NCBI RefSeq assembly: GCF_054482525.1
Contig: NZ_CM137006.1
Length of the DNA stretch: 64,000 bases
Direction: 5' to 3' (one strand)
Shown: positions 26,165-43,580 of the stretch, one piece after another
Numbering within the stretch: the stretch's first letter is position 1
How the letters are laid out: every line of letters begins with the position of its first letter
Translations under genes and position numbers: made by a program
Notes under the pieces: model-generated
What the model was told of the DNA's origin: nothing
Seen by the model: only the letters and a program-made list of their open reading frames with translations
Databases searched by the model: none

Positions 26165-26293
26165 GGAGTTTAATGCCGGATAAGGCATTTTACGCCGCAT
26201 CCTGTGCCTGATGCGACGCTGGCGCGTCTTATCAGGCCTACAAACCGAGCCGTAGGCCGGATAAGGCGTTCACGCCGCATCCTGCATCTCAAT
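26165..26293. repeat. REP/BIME palindromic repeats in the nrdA-nrdB gap
   Basis: Two copies of the gccggataaggc...cgccgcatcc / gatgcgacgctggcgcgtcttatcaggcctac REP motif. Confidence 0.7.
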
Positions 26294-26294
26294 A

Positions 26295-28580
26295 TCAGAT
26301 CTTACATGCGCCGCTTTCGCAGCCATCGTCCTGGATTGACGGCACCAGATCGTCTTGTGCGTCTTCAGCACCGTCACGGGTGTTCTGATAATACAGCGTT
26401 TTGACCCCGAATTTGTAGGCGGTGAGCAGGTCTTTCAGCAGTTGCTGCATCGGCACTTTTCCTGACGGGAAGCGTGACGGATCGTAGTTGGTGTTAGCAG
26501 AGATCGACTGATCGATAAATTTCTGCATGATACCCACCAGTTGCAGATAGCCATCGTTACCCGGCATTTCCCACAGCAGTTCATAGGCGTCGTGCAGATG
26601 CTCGTAGTCCGGCACCACCTGGCGCAGAATACCGTCTTTCGACGCTTTGATGCTGACGTAACCACGCGGCGGTTCAATACCGTTAGTGGCGTTAGAGATC
26701 TGCGAAGAGGTCTCGGACGGCATCAGAGCAGAAAGCGTGGAGTTACGCAGGCCGTGCGTTTTGATTGACTCACGCAGTGCTTCCCAGTCGTAATGCAGCG
26801 GCTCATTAGCGATGGCATCCAGATCTTTCTTATAGGTATCGATCGGCAGGATCCCTTTCGCGTAAGTGGTTTCGTTAAACCACGGGCACGCGCCTTGCTC
26901 TTTCGCCAGCTCATTAGAGGCTTTCAGCAGGTAATACTGAATGGCTTCGAAGGTTTTATGCGTCAGGTTGTTGGCGCTGCCGTCGGAGTAGCGTTTACCG
27001 TGCTTCGCCAGGTAGTAAGCGAAGTTGATCACACCAATACCCAGCGTACGACGACCCATCGCTCCACGTTTGGCGGCCGGGATCGGGTAATCCTGATAAT
27101 CCAGCAGCGCGTCGAGTGCGCGTACTGCCAGAATCGCCAGCTCTTCCAGTTCATCCAGGCTATTAATTGCGCCCAGGTTAAAAGCAGACAACGTACACAG
27201 CGCGATTTCACCGTTCTCGTCGTTGACATCATTCAGCGGTTTGGTCGGCAGGGCGATTTCCAGGCACAGGTTAGACTGGCGCACTGGCGCGATGGCCGGA
27301 TCAAACGGGCTATGGGTATTACAGTGGTCAACGTTCTGAATATAGATACGACCGGTAGACGCACGTTCCTGCATCATCAGCGAGAACAGTTCAACGGCTT
27401 TCACACGCTGCTTGCGGATGCTGTCGTCTTTCTCATATTTGGTGTACAGGCGTTCAAACTCTTCCTGATCGGCGAAGAACGCGTCGTACAACCCCGGTAC
27501 GTCGGACGGGCTGAACAGGGTGATATCTTCACCTTTCAGCAGACGGGTATACATCAGTTTGTTGATTTGTACCCCGTAGTCCATATGACGCACGCGGTTG
27601 CCTTCCACCCCACGGTTGTTTTTCAACACCAGCAGGCTTTCAACTTCCAGATGCCACATCGGGTAGAACAGCGTAGCTGCACCGCCACGCACACCGCCCT
27701 GAGAGCAGGATTTCACCGCTGTCTGGAAATGCTTATAGAACGGAATACAACCGGTATGGAACGCTTCGCCACCGCGAATCGGGCTACCCAGCGCACGAAT
27801 ACGCCCGGCGTTGATGCCGATCCCGGCACGCTGGGAAACGTATTTAACAATCGCGCTGGAGGTGGCGTTAATGGAATCCAGGCTGTCGCCGCACTCGATC
27901 AGTACGCAGGAGCTGAACTGACGAGTCGGGGTACGCACGCCGGACATGATTGGCGTCGGCAGCGAAATTTTAAATGTGGAAACCGCGTCGTAAAAACGCT
28001 TCACGTATTGCAGGCGCGTTTCACGCGGGTAGTTCGAGAACAGGCACGCGGCAACCAGAATATAAAGGAACTGGGCGCTTTCGTAGATTTCGCCGGTCAC
28101 ACGGTTCTGCACCAGATATTTGCCTTCCAGCTGCTTAACCGCAGCATAAGAGAAGGTCATATCACGGTCGTGATCGATAAACGTGTCCATCTGCTTGAAC
28201 TCTTCTTCCGTGTAGTCTTCCAGCAGATGATTATCGTATTTGCCCATCTCGACCATTTTCACCACGTGGTCGTACAGCGCAGGCGGCTCAAACTGGCCGT
28301 AGGCTTTTTTACGCAGGTGGAAGATCGCCAGGCGCGCGGCGAGATACTGATAATCCGGCGCATCACGGGAGATCAGGTCTGCGGCAGCCTTGATAATGGT
28401 TTCGTGGATGTCAGAGGTCTTGATACCGTCATAAAACTGAATGTGGGAGCGCAGTTCGACCTGGGAAATCGAAACGTTATGCAGTCCTTCTGCCGCCCAA
28501 TCCAGAACGCGATGGATTTTGTCGAGATTGATGCGCTCTGTGCTACCGTCGCGCTTTGTCACCAGCAGATTCTGATTCAT
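26295..28580 (-). CDS. nrdA: Ribonucleoside-diphosphate reductase 1 alpha subunit
   Basis: 761-aa ORF beginning MNQNLLVTKRDGSTERINLDKIHRVLDWAAEGL (ATP-cone) and ending ...CESGACKI. Confidence 0.95.
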   Translation of the reverse strand: MNQNLLVTKRDGSTERINLDKIHRVLDWAAEGLHNVSISQVELRSHIQFYDGIKTSDIHETIIKAAADLISRDAPDYQYLAARLAIFHLRKKAYGQFEPPALYDHVVKMVEMGKYDNHLLEDYTEEEFKQMDTFIDHDRDMTFSYAAVKQLEGKYLVQNRVTGEIYESAQFLYILVAACLFSNYPRETRLQYVKRFYDAVSTFKISLPTPIMSGVRTPTRQFSSCVLIECGDSLDSINATSSAIVKYVSQRAGIGINAGRIRALGSPIRGGEAFHTGCIPFYKHFQTAVKSCSQGGVRGGAATLFYPMWHLEVESLLVLKNNRGVEGNRVRHMDYGVQINKLMYTRLLKGEDITLFSPSDVPGLYDAFFADQEEFERLYTKYEKDDSIRKQRVKAVELFSLMMQERASTGRIYIQNVDHCNTHSPFDPAIAPVRQSNLCLEIALPTKPLNDVNDENGEIALCTLSAFNLGAINSLDELEELAILAVRALDALLDYQDYPIPAAKRGAMGRRTLGIGVINFAYYLAKHGKRYSDGSANNLTHKTFEAIQYYLLKASNELAKEQGACPWFNETTYAKGILPIDTYKKDLDAIANEPLHYDWEALRESIKTHGLRNSTLSALMPSETSSQISNATNGIEPPRGYVSIKASKDGILRQVVPDYEHLHDAYELLWEMPGNDGYLQLVGIMQKFIDQSISANTNYDPSRFPSGKVPMQQLLKDLLTAYKFGVKTLYYQNTRDGAEDAQDDLVPSIQDDGCESGACKI

Positions 28581-28655
28581 GTATGTCGTACCTGTTTTTG
28601 GAATTCTTCCGCAATAGTTTCATGCAGACTACCTGTAGTGAGGGAAGCTGCTTAG

Positions 28656-28741
28656 AACACTATATATAGGGGGTATGTTTGGGATTCACTGCAAGATAGT
28701 GTGAAAATGGCCCTCTTGCAAGTGCATAACTTTGTGGATAA
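28656..28741 (-). promoter_or_regulatory. nrdAB promoter region: two NrdR boxes and a DnaA box
   Basis: aacactatatatagg (about 28656..28671) and cactgcaagatagtgtg (28687..28703), centres about 32 bp apart; TGTGGATAA (28733..28741) is the complement of TTATCCACA. All lie 75-160 bp upstream of nrdA. Confidence 0.6.
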
Positions 28742-29274
28742 CTCAGGAAGGAAAAAGTGGCTTTCGCGCACCTTAGGTCAGACAAGGTGTCCGGGAAAGT
28801 CAATGGGAGGAGAAAAATTTGTTAAAAATAACTGTTCGGCGATTTCTTGAACGGAAGAATAGGTTAGATAAATTGATGTAGATGGTTTATTAATCTTTTG
28901 GCTAATGATTGCAAAAATTGATCTAAGCACGAGTCATCACATAATCTGATGTATCAGTTATGGTCAATATATAAGCGAATGTAAGCGGTTGTTGATGTCG
29001 AAATGGTTGTTTTCTCTTCGGTTGTTGTTAAATGAGAAGCCATTTTGTTAATTTACCTTATATTATAAGAAAATTATTCATTACTTTAATTCAGTTTAAA
29101 CATAACTGATATCCCTTAAGGTGATTAACTTGAATTATGACGCACTGATATTATTCATGAAATAATAACAAAATAGCCATTGCACCGGGTTGAACAATTT
29201 ACAAAAGAAAAATAACCCATATCGTATAATGCGATTAAATATGCCGTCTTATAGAAAATGATGGTCAGATTAAT

Positions 29275-32200
29275 ATGCGGATTATTTTTCTACGCAAGGA
29301 GTATTTATCTTTACTCCCGTCAATGATTGCATCTCTTTTCTCTGCTAACGGTGTCGCGGCGGCCATTGATTCATGTCAGGGATATGATATCAAAGCGAGT
29401 TGTCACGCCAGCAGGCAAAGCCTTTCAGGCATTACGCAGGACTGGAGCATCGCCGATGGGCAATGGCTGGTTTTTTCGGATATGACCAATAACGCCAGCG
29501 GTGGGGCCGTATTTTTGCAACAAGGAGCGGAGTTTTCTCTATCGCCAGAAAATGAAACTGGAATGACTCTGTTTGCCAATAATACTGTCTCAGGAGAATA
29601 TAATAACGGCGGGGCAATATTTGCTAAAGAAAACTCAACGCTGAATCTTACTAATGTTATTTTTTCCGATAACGTTGCAGGTGGCTATGGTGGCGCAATC
29701 TATTCTTCTGGTACTAACGATACCGGTGTCGTCGATTTAAGTGTCACTAACGCCGTGTTTCGCAATAACATCGCTAATGACGGCAAAGGTGGTGCAATTT
29801 ATACCATCAACAATGACGTCTATTTAAGTGAAGTTATTTTTGACAATAACCAGGCATATACATCAACAAGTTACAGTGATGGCGATGGGGGCGCAATCGA
29901 TGTCACCGATAATAATAGCGATATCACGCATCCGTCAGGTTTCACAATAATAAATAACACCGCATTTACAAATAACACTGCCGAAGGTTATGGCGGGGCA
30001 ATTTATACCAATAGCGTGACGGCTCCCTATCTTATTGATATTTCGATTGATGACAGCTACAGCCAGAACGGCGGCGTGTTAATCGATGAGAACAATAGCG
30101 CGGCAGGTTATGGGGATGGTCCTTCCACTGCGGCGGGCGGCTTTATGTATCTCGGCTTAAGTGAAGTTACCTTTGATATTGCCGACGGAAAAACGCTGGT
30201 TATCGGCAATACAGAGAATGACGGAGTTGTTGACTCTATTGCTGGTACCGGGGTAATCACCAAAACAGGTTCCGGCGATCTGGTACTTAATGCAGATAAC
30301 AATGACTTTACTGGCGAGATGCAGATAGAAAACGGTGAGGTTACCCTGGGTCGCAGCAACTCCCTGATGAATGTCGGAGATACTCATTGCCAGGACGATC
30401 CGCAAGACTGCTACGGTCTGACGATAGGGAGTCTTGATCAGTATCAGAATCAGGCTGAGCTAAACGTTGTCTCGACCCAACAAACTTTTGTGCACGCATT
30501 GACGGGCTTTCAGAATGGCACTTTAAATATCGATGCTGGTGGCAACGTTACTGTTAATCAGGGCAGTTTTGCTGGCACCATCGAAGGTGCTGGTCAGCTC
30601 ACCATTGCGCAAAACGGCAGCTACGTGCTGGCAGGGGCACAGTCGATGGCGCTAACCGGCGATATAGTCGTTGATGATGGTGCGGTGCTTTCACTGGAAG
30701 GCGACGCGGTAGATCTTGCCGCTCTCCAGAACGATCCGCAGTCGATCGTGTTAAACGGCGGCGTGCTTGATCTCTCTGATTTCGCCACCTGGCAGAGCGG
30801 CACATCATACAACGATGGCCTTGCAGTCAGCGGCAGCGGCGGTACGGTTATCGGCAGTCAGGATGTGGTGGATCTCGCAGGGGGCGACAATTTGCATATC
30901 GGCGGCGACGGGAAAGATGGCGTCTACGTGGTGATCGATGCGGGCGACGGGCTGGTTAGCCTGGCAAACAATAATAGTTACCTGGGCACCACGCAAATCG
31001 CTTCCGGTACGCTGGTGGTGAGCGACAACTCGCAGCTTGGCAGTACTGACGAAAACCGTCAGGTGATCTTTACCGATAATCAACAAAGCAGTGCGATGGA
31101 AATTACCGCCGACGTTGACACCCGCTCAGAGACGACAGGTCATGGTCGGGATATTGAAATGCGTGCCGATGGTGAAGTAATGATCGATACAGGCATGGAT
31201 AGCGAGTGGGGCGCACTGATGTCTGACAGCAGCGGGCAACATCAGGATGAGGGTAGCACATTGACTAAAACGGGGGCGGGTACACTGGAGCTGACCGCCA
31301 GCGGTACAACACAGTCAGCGGTACGTGTCGAAGAAGGCACCCTGCAAGGCGATGTTGCGGATATCCTTCCTTATGCTTCGTCGCTGTGGGTCGGTGACGG
31401 GTCAACGTTCGTTACTGGCGCGGATCAGGATATTCAGTCAATTGATGCTACTTCCAGCGGCACTATCGACATCAGCGATGGTACGGTTTTGCGCCTGACC
31501 GGGCAGGATACTTCCGTCGCCCTTAATGCCTCACTGTTTAACGGCGATGGAACGCTGGTGAATGCCACCGATGGCGTGACGTTGACAGGCGAGCTTAATA
31601 CCAACCTTGAAACTGACAGCCTGACTTATCTTTCCGACGTAACAGTTAATGGCAATCTGACCAATACGTCCGGTGCGGTCAGCCTGCAAAATGGCGTCGC
31701 TGGCGACACGCTGACGGTAAACGGTGATTATACCGGCGGTGGTACGCTACTGCTCGATAGCGAATTAAACGGCGATGACTCGGCAAGTGACCAACTGGTG
31801 TTGAACGGTAATACTGCTGGCAACACGACCGTGGTAATTAATCCCATTACGGGTATTGGTGAGCCGACATCTACAGGCATTAAAGTGGTTGATTTCGCAG
31901 CCGATCCAACGCAATTTCAAAACAGTGCGCAGTTCAGTCTGGCGGGCAGCGGCTACGTCAATATGGGAGCGTATGACTACACGCTGGTGGAAGATAACAA
32001 CGACTGGTATCTGCGATCACAAGAAGTAACGCCGCCATCGCCACCTGATCCCGATCCGACTCCCGATCCTGATCCCACACCGGATCCCGATCCAACACCC
32101 GACCCGGAACCTACGCCTGCTTACCAGCCGGTGTTGAATGCCAAAGTTGGTGGATATTTTAATAACCTGCGGGCGGCAAATCAGGCGTTTGTGATGGAGC

Positions 32201-33027
32201 GACACGATCACTCTGGTGGCAATGGTCAGACGCTGAATTTACGTGTTATCGGCGGAGATTATCATTACACAGCAGCGGGACAACTGGCTCAGCATGAAGA
32301 CACTTCTACGGTGCAGCTTAGCGGCGACTTGTTTAGCGGGCGCTGGGGCACGGATGGTGAGTGGATGCTTGGGGCGGTTGGTGGCTACAGTGATAACCAG
32401 GGCGACAGCCGCTCGAATATGACCGGAACTCGCGCCGATAACCAGAACCACGGTTATGCCGTTGGTCTGACCTCAAGCTGGTTCCAGCACGGTAATCAGA
32501 AGCAGGGGGCCTGGCTGGATAGCTGGCTGCAATACGCGTGTTTTAACAATGATGTTTCCGAACATGAAGATGGCGCGGATCATTACCACTCATCGGGGAT
32601 TATCGCCTCGCTGGAAGCCGGGTATCAGTGGTTACCGGGGCGTGGTGTGGTGATTGAACCGCAGGCGCAGGTGATTTATCAGGGCGTGCAGCAGGATGAT
32701 TTTACCGCCGCTAACCGTGCGCGCGTGTCACAATCGCAGGGTGATGATATTCAGACGCGGCTGGGTTTACACAGCGAATGGCGTACCGCTGTTCATGTCA
32801 TACCAACATTAGATCTGAATTATTATCACGATCCCCATTCGACGAAAATTGAAGAAGATGGCAGCACTATCAGTGACGATGCGGTGAAGCAACGGGGTGA
32901 AATAAAAGTGGGAGTCACGGGCAATATCAGTCAGCGAGTGTCCCTGCGCGGCAGCGTGGCGTGGCAGAAAGGGAGTGATGATTTTGCCCAGACGGCAGGG
33001 TTTTTGTCGATGACGGTGAAATGGTAG
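29275..33027 (+). CDS. yfaL: AIDA-I-type autotransporter adhesin YfaL (EhaC)
   Basis: 1250-aa ORF; Gly/Asn/Thr-rich beta-helix passenger, (PDPT)n linker, C-terminal beta-barrel ending ...FLSMTVKW. Confidence 0.88.
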   Translation: MRIIFLRKEYLSLLPSMIASLFSANGVAAAIDSCQGYDIKASCHASRQSLSGITQDWSIADGQWLVFSDMTNNASGGAVFLQQGAEFSLSPENETGMTLFANNTVSGEYNNGGAIFAKENSTLNLTNVIFSDNVAGGYGGAIYSSGTNDTGVVDLSVTNAVFRNNIANDGKGGAIYTINNDVYLSEVIFDNNQAYTSTSYSDGDGGAIDVTDNNSDITHPSGFTIINNTAFTNNTAEGYGGAIYTNSVTAPYLIDISIDDSYSQNGGVLIDENNSAAGYGDGPSTAAGGFMYLGLSEVTFDIADGKTLVIGNTENDGVVDSIAGTGVITKTGSGDLVLNADNNDFTGEMQIENGEVTLGRSNSLMNVGDTHCQDDPQDCYGLTIGSLDQYQNQAELNVVSTQQTFVHALTGFQNGTLNIDAGGNVTVNQGSFAGTIEGAGQLTIAQNGSYVLAGAQSMALTGDIVVDDGAVLSLEGDAVDLAALQNDPQSIVLNGGVLDLSDFATWQSGTSYNDGLAVSGSGGTVIGSQDVVDLAGGDNLHIGGDGKDGVYVVIDAGDGLVSLANNNSYLGTTQIASGTLVVSDNSQLGSTDENRQVIFTDNQQSSAMEITADVDTRSETTGHGRDIEMRADGEVMIDTGMDSEWGALMSDSSGQHQDEGSTLTKTGAGTLELTASGTTQSAVRVEEGTLQGDVADILPYASSLWVGDGSTFVTGADQDIQSIDATSSGTIDISDGTVLRLTGQDTSVALNASLFNGDGTLVNATDGVTLTGELNTNLETDSLTYLSDVTVNGNLTNTSGAVSLQNGVAGDTLTVNGDYTGGGTLLLDSELNGDDSASDQLVLNGNTAGNTTVVINPITGIGEPTSTGIKVVDFAADPTQFQNSAQFSLAGSGYVNMGAYDYTLVEDNNDWYLRSQEVTPPSPPDPDPTPDPDPTPDPDPTPDPEPTPAYQPVLNAKVGGYFNNLRAANQAFVMERHDHSGGNGQTLNLRVIGGDYHYTAAGQLAQHEDTSTVQLSGDLFSGRWGTDGEWMLGAVGGYSDNQGDSRSNMTGTRADNQNHGYAVGLTSSWFQHGNQKQGAWLDSWLQYACFNNDVSEHEDGADHYHSSGIIASLEAGYQWLPGRGVVIEPQAQVIYQGVQQDDFTAANRARVSQSQGDDIQTRLGLHSEWRTAVHVIPTLDLNYYHDPHSTKIEEDGSTISDDAVKQRGEIKVGVTGNISQRVSLRGSVAWQKGSDDFAQTAGFLSMTVKW

Positions 33028-33087
33028 CTGCTTTGCGCCCGGCATTGTAGCCGGATGTGGTGCGAGCACCTTATCCGGCTAACAATT

Positions 33088-33810
33088 TTATTTATTCTGC
33101 GTGTGCAGCATATAGTTCACATCCACGCCGGGGCCGAGTTTAAAAGTATTAGTGATCGGGTTGTAATGCAGCCCAGTGATATGCCGCTCTTTAAGGCTTG
33201 TCTGATCTACCCAGCCAAGCAGCTCTGCCGGTTTAATAAACTTCTTCACATCATGTGTACCTTTAGGCACCATGCGCAAAATATATTCAGCACCAACCAC
33301 CGCCATCAGCCATGACTTGCCGTTGCGGTTGAGCGTCGAGAAAAAGACATCGCCGCCCGGTTTCACCAGTTGCGCACAGGCTCTGACCACTGACTGAGGA
33401 TCGGGGACGTGCTCCAGCATCTCCATGCAGGTCACCACATCATACTGCCCGGCATGTTTTGCCGCGTGCTCTTCCACGGTTTCCTGCACGTACTCTACCT
33501 GAATGCCACTTTCCAGCGCGTGCAACTTTGCCACCTGCAATGGCTCAAAGCCCATATCCAGACCGGTCACCGTCGCGCCTTCGCGCGCCATACTCTCGGC
33601 CAGAATGCCGCCGCCACAACCGACATCGAGCACCTTTTTGCCAAATAAACCGCCAGCACGCTCGGCAATATAGCCCAGACGCAGCGGGTTAATGCGGTGC
33701 AGCGGTTTGAACTCACCTTCAAGATCCCACCAGCGGGAGGCGACAGCTTCAAATTTAGCGATCTCTTCGTGGTCTACGTTATGGTTTACCGGCGATTTTT
33801 CGGCATTCAT
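33088..33810 (-). CDS. ubiG: Ubiquinone biosynthesis O-methyltransferase
   Basis: ORF contains [38 protein letters not shown]... with SAM motif [12 protein letters not shown]; start set at MNAEKS (240 aa). Confidence 0.92.
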   Translation of the reverse strand: MNAEKSPVNHNVDHEEIAKFEAVASRWWDLEGEFKPLHRINPLRLGYIAERAGGLFGKKVLDVGCGGGILAESMAREGATVTGLDMGFEPLQVAKLHALESGIQVEYVQETVEEHAAKHAGQYDVVTCMEMLEHVPDPQSVVRACAQLVKPGGDVFFSTLNRNGKSWLMAVVGAEYILRMVPKGTHDVKKFIKPAELLGWVDQTSLKERHITGLHYNPITNTFKLGPGVDVNYMLHTQNK

Positions 33811-33956
33811 TGGCACTTCTACTCCGTAATTGGCAAGACAAACGAGTATATCAGGCATTGGATGTGAATAAAGCGTATAGGTTTACCTCAAACTGCGCGG
33901 CTGTGTTATAATTTGCGACCTTTGAATCCGGGATACAGTAGAGGGATAGCGGTTAG

Positions 33957-36584
33957 ATGAGCGACCTTGCGAGAGAAATTACACCGGTCAACATTGAGGA
34001 AGAGCTGAAGAGCTCCTATCTGGATTATGCGATGTCGGTCATTGTTGGCCGTGCGCTGCCAGATGTCCGAGATGGCCTGAAGCCGGTACACCGTCGCGTA
34101 CTTTACGCCATGAACGTACTAGGCAATGACTGGAACAAAGCCTATAAAAAATCTGCCCGTGTCGTTGGTGACGTAATCGGTAAATACCATCCCCATGGTG
34201 ACTTGGCGGTTTATGACACGATCGTCCGTATGGCGCAGCCATTCTCGCTGCGTTACATGCTGGTAGACGGTCAGGGTAACTTCGGTTCCATCGACGGCGA
34301 CTCTGCGGCGGCAATGCGTTATACGGAAATCCGTCTGGCGAAAATTGCCCATGAACTGATGGCCGATCTCGAAAAAGAGACGGTCGATTTCGTTGATAAC
34401 TATGACGGCACGGAAAAAATTCCCGACGTCATGCCAACCAAAATTCCTAACCTGCTGGTGAACGGTTCTTCCGGTATCGCCGTAGGTATGGCAACCAACA
34501 TCCCGCCGCACAACCTGACGGAAGTCATCAACGGTTGTCTGGCGTATATCGATGATGAAGACATCAGCATTGAAGGGCTGATGGAACACATCCCGGGGCC
34601 GGACTTCCCGACGGCGGCAATCATTAATGGTCGTCGCGGTATTGAAGAAGCTTACCGTACCGGTCGCGGCAAGGTATATATCCGCGCCCGTGCTGAAGTG
34701 GAAGTTGACGCCAAAACCGGACGTGAAACCATTATCGTCCATGAAATTCCGTATCAGGTGAACAAAGCGCGCCTGATCGAGAAGATTGCGGAACTGGTAA
34801 AAGAAAAACGCGTGGAAGGCATCAGCGCGCTGCGTGACGAGTCTGACAAAGACGGTATGCGCATCGTGATTGAAGTGAAACGCGATGCGGTTGGTGAAGT
34901 TGTGCTTAACAACCTCTACTCCCAGACCCAGTTGCAGGTTTCTTTCGGTATCAACATGGTGGCATTGCACCATGGTCAGCCGAAGATCATGAACCTGAAA
35001 GACATCATCGCGGCGTTTGTTCGTCACCGCCGTGAAGTGGTGACCCGTCGTACTATTTTCGAACTGCGTAAAGCTCGCGATCGTGCTCATATCCTTGAAG
35101 CATTAGCCGTGGCGCTGGCGAACATCGACCCGATCATCGAACTGATCCGTCATGCGCCGACGCCTGCAGAAGCGAAAACTGCGCTGGTTGCTAATCCGTG
35201 GCAGCTGGGCAACGTTGCCGCCATGCTCGAACGTGCGGGCGATGATGCTGCGCGTCCGGAATGGCTGGAGCCAGAGTTCGGCGTGCGTGATGGTCTGTAC
35301 TACCTGACCGAACAGCAAGCTCAGGCGATTCTGGATCTGCGTTTGCAGAAACTGACCGGCCTTGAGCACGAAAAACTGCTCGACGAATACAAAGAGCTGC
35401 TGGATCAGATCGCAGAACTGCTGCGTATTCTTGGCAGTGCCGATCGTCTGATGGAAGTGATCCGCGAAGAGCTGGAGCTGGTTCGTGAACAGTTCGGCGA
35501 CAAACGTCGTACTGAAATCACTGCCAACAGCGCCGACATCAACCTGGAAGATCTGATCACCCAGGAAGATGTGGTCGTGACGCTCTCTCACCAGGGCTAC
35601 GTTAAATATCAGCCGCTTTCTGAATACGAAGCGCAGCGTCGTGGCGGGAAAGGTAAATCTGCCGCACGTATTAAAGAAGAAGACTTTATTGACCGACTGC
35701 TGGTGGCGAACACCCACGACCATATTCTGTGCTTCTCCAGCCGTGGTCGCGTCTATTCGATGAAAGTCTATCAGTTGCCGGAAGCCACTCGTGGCGCGCG
35801 TGGTCGTCCGATCGTCAACCTGCTGCCGCTGGAGCAGGACGAACGTATCACTGCGATCCTGCCGGTGACCGAGTTTGAAGAAGGCGTGAAAGTCTTCATG
35901 GCGACCGCTAACGGTACTGTGAAGAAAACCGTCCTCACCGAATTCAACCGTCTGCGTACCGCCGGTAAAGTGGCGATCAAACTGGTTGAAGGCGATGAGC
36001 TGATCGGCGTTGACCTGACCAGCGGCGAAGACGAAGTAATGCTGTTCTCCGCCGAAGGTAAAGTGGTGCGCTTTAAAGAGTCTTCTGTCCGTGCGATGGG
36101 CTGCAACACCACCGGTGTTCGCGGTATTCGTTTAGGCGAAGGCGATAAAGTCGTCTCTCTGATCGTGCCTCGTGGCGATGGCGCAATCCTCACCGCAACG
36201 CAGAACGGTTATGGTAAACGTACCGCAGTGGCGGAATACCCGACTAAGTCGCGTGCGACGAAAGGGGTTATCTCCATCAAGGTTACCGAACGTAACGGTT
36301 TAGTGGTTGGCGCGGTGCAGGTAGATGACTGCGATCAGATCATGATGATCACCGATGCCGGTACGCTGGTACGTACTCGCGTTTCGGAAATCAGCATCGT
36401 GGGCCGTAACACCCAGGGCGTGATCCTCATCCGTACTGCGGAAGATGAAAACGTAGTGGGTCTGCAACGTGTTGCTGAACCGGTTGACGAGGAAGATCTG
36501 GATACTATCGACGGCAGTGCCGCGGAAGGGGACGATGAAATCGCTCCGGAAGTGGACGTTGACGACGAGCCAGAAGAAGAATAA
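33957..36584 (+). CDS. gyrA: DNA gyrase subunit A, Ser83Leu variant
   Basis: 875-aa ORF beginning [47 protein letters not shown]; residues 81-87 read GDLAVYD (codon 83 = TTG at 34203..34205). Confidence 0.95.
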   Translation: MSDLAREITPVNIEEELKSSYLDYAMSVIVGRALPDVRDGLKPVHRRVLYAMNVLGNDWNKAYKKSARVVGDVIGKYHPHGDLAVYDTIVRMAQPFSLRYMLVDGQGNFGSIDGDSAAAMRYTEIRLAKIAHELMADLEKETVDFVDNYDGTEKIPDVMPTKIPNLLVNGSSGIAVGMATNIPPHNLTEVINGCLAYIDDEDISIEGLMEHIPGPDFPTAAIINGRRGIEEAYRTGRGKVYIRARAEVEVDAKTGRETIIVHEIPYQVNKARLIEKIAELVKEKRVEGISALRDESDKDGMRIVIEVKRDAVGEVVLNNLYSQTQLQVSFGINMVALHHGQPKIMNLKDIIAAFVRHRREVVTRRTIFELRKARDRAHILEALAVALANIDPIIELIRHAPTPAEAKTALVANPWQLGNVAAMLERAGDDAARPEWLEPEFGVRDGLYYLTEQQAQAILDLRLQKLTGLEHEKLLDEYKELLDQIAELLRILGSADRLMEVIREELELVREQFGDKRRTEITANSADINLEDLITQEDVVVTLSHQGYVKYQPLSEYEAQRRGGKGKSAARIKEEDFIDRLLVANTHDHILCFSSRGRVYSMKVYQLPEATRGARGRPIVNLLPLEQDERITAILPVTEFEEGVKVFMATANGTVKKTVLTEFNRLRTAGKVAIKLVEGDELIGVDLTSGEDEVMLFSAEGKVVRFKESSVRAMGCNTTGVRGIRLGEGDKVVSLIVPRGDGAILTATQNGYGKRTAVAEYPTKSRATKGVISIKVTERNGLVVGAVQVDDCDQIMMITDAGTLVRTRVSEISIVGRNTQGVILIRTAEDENVVGLQRVAEPVDEEDLDTIDGSAAEGDDEIAPEVDVDDEPEEE

Positions 36585-36603
36585 TTTTACTTCTTCATGC
36601 CAA

Positions 36604-36621
36604 AAGGGAGCTATCTCCCTT
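36604..36621 (+). terminator. Probable gyrA terminator hairpin (aagggag-ctat-ctccctt)
   Basis: Perfect 7-bp stem about 20 nt after the gyrA stop, followed by gtttg. Confidence 0.45.
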
Positions 36622-36732
36622 GTTTGAATTGAAAAGTCCAGGCTGCAAAGTCTGGGCTTTTGTCGTATTAGGGCGCGGTAAAGTTTTGCTGTGCTCGTAA
36701 AAAATGGCTGGCTATACACAAGGAATGTGGCA

Positions 36733-43580
<6,848 letters not shown>

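Noticed and set aside
26793-28655. 620-aa plus-strand ORF antisense to nrdA
   Set aside because: Shadow ORF on the opposite strand of a highly conserved gene with a biased reading frame; no independent support.
34119-35090. 323-aa minus-strand ORF inside gyrA
   Set aside because: Entirely antisense to the well-supported gyrA CDS; shadow ORF.
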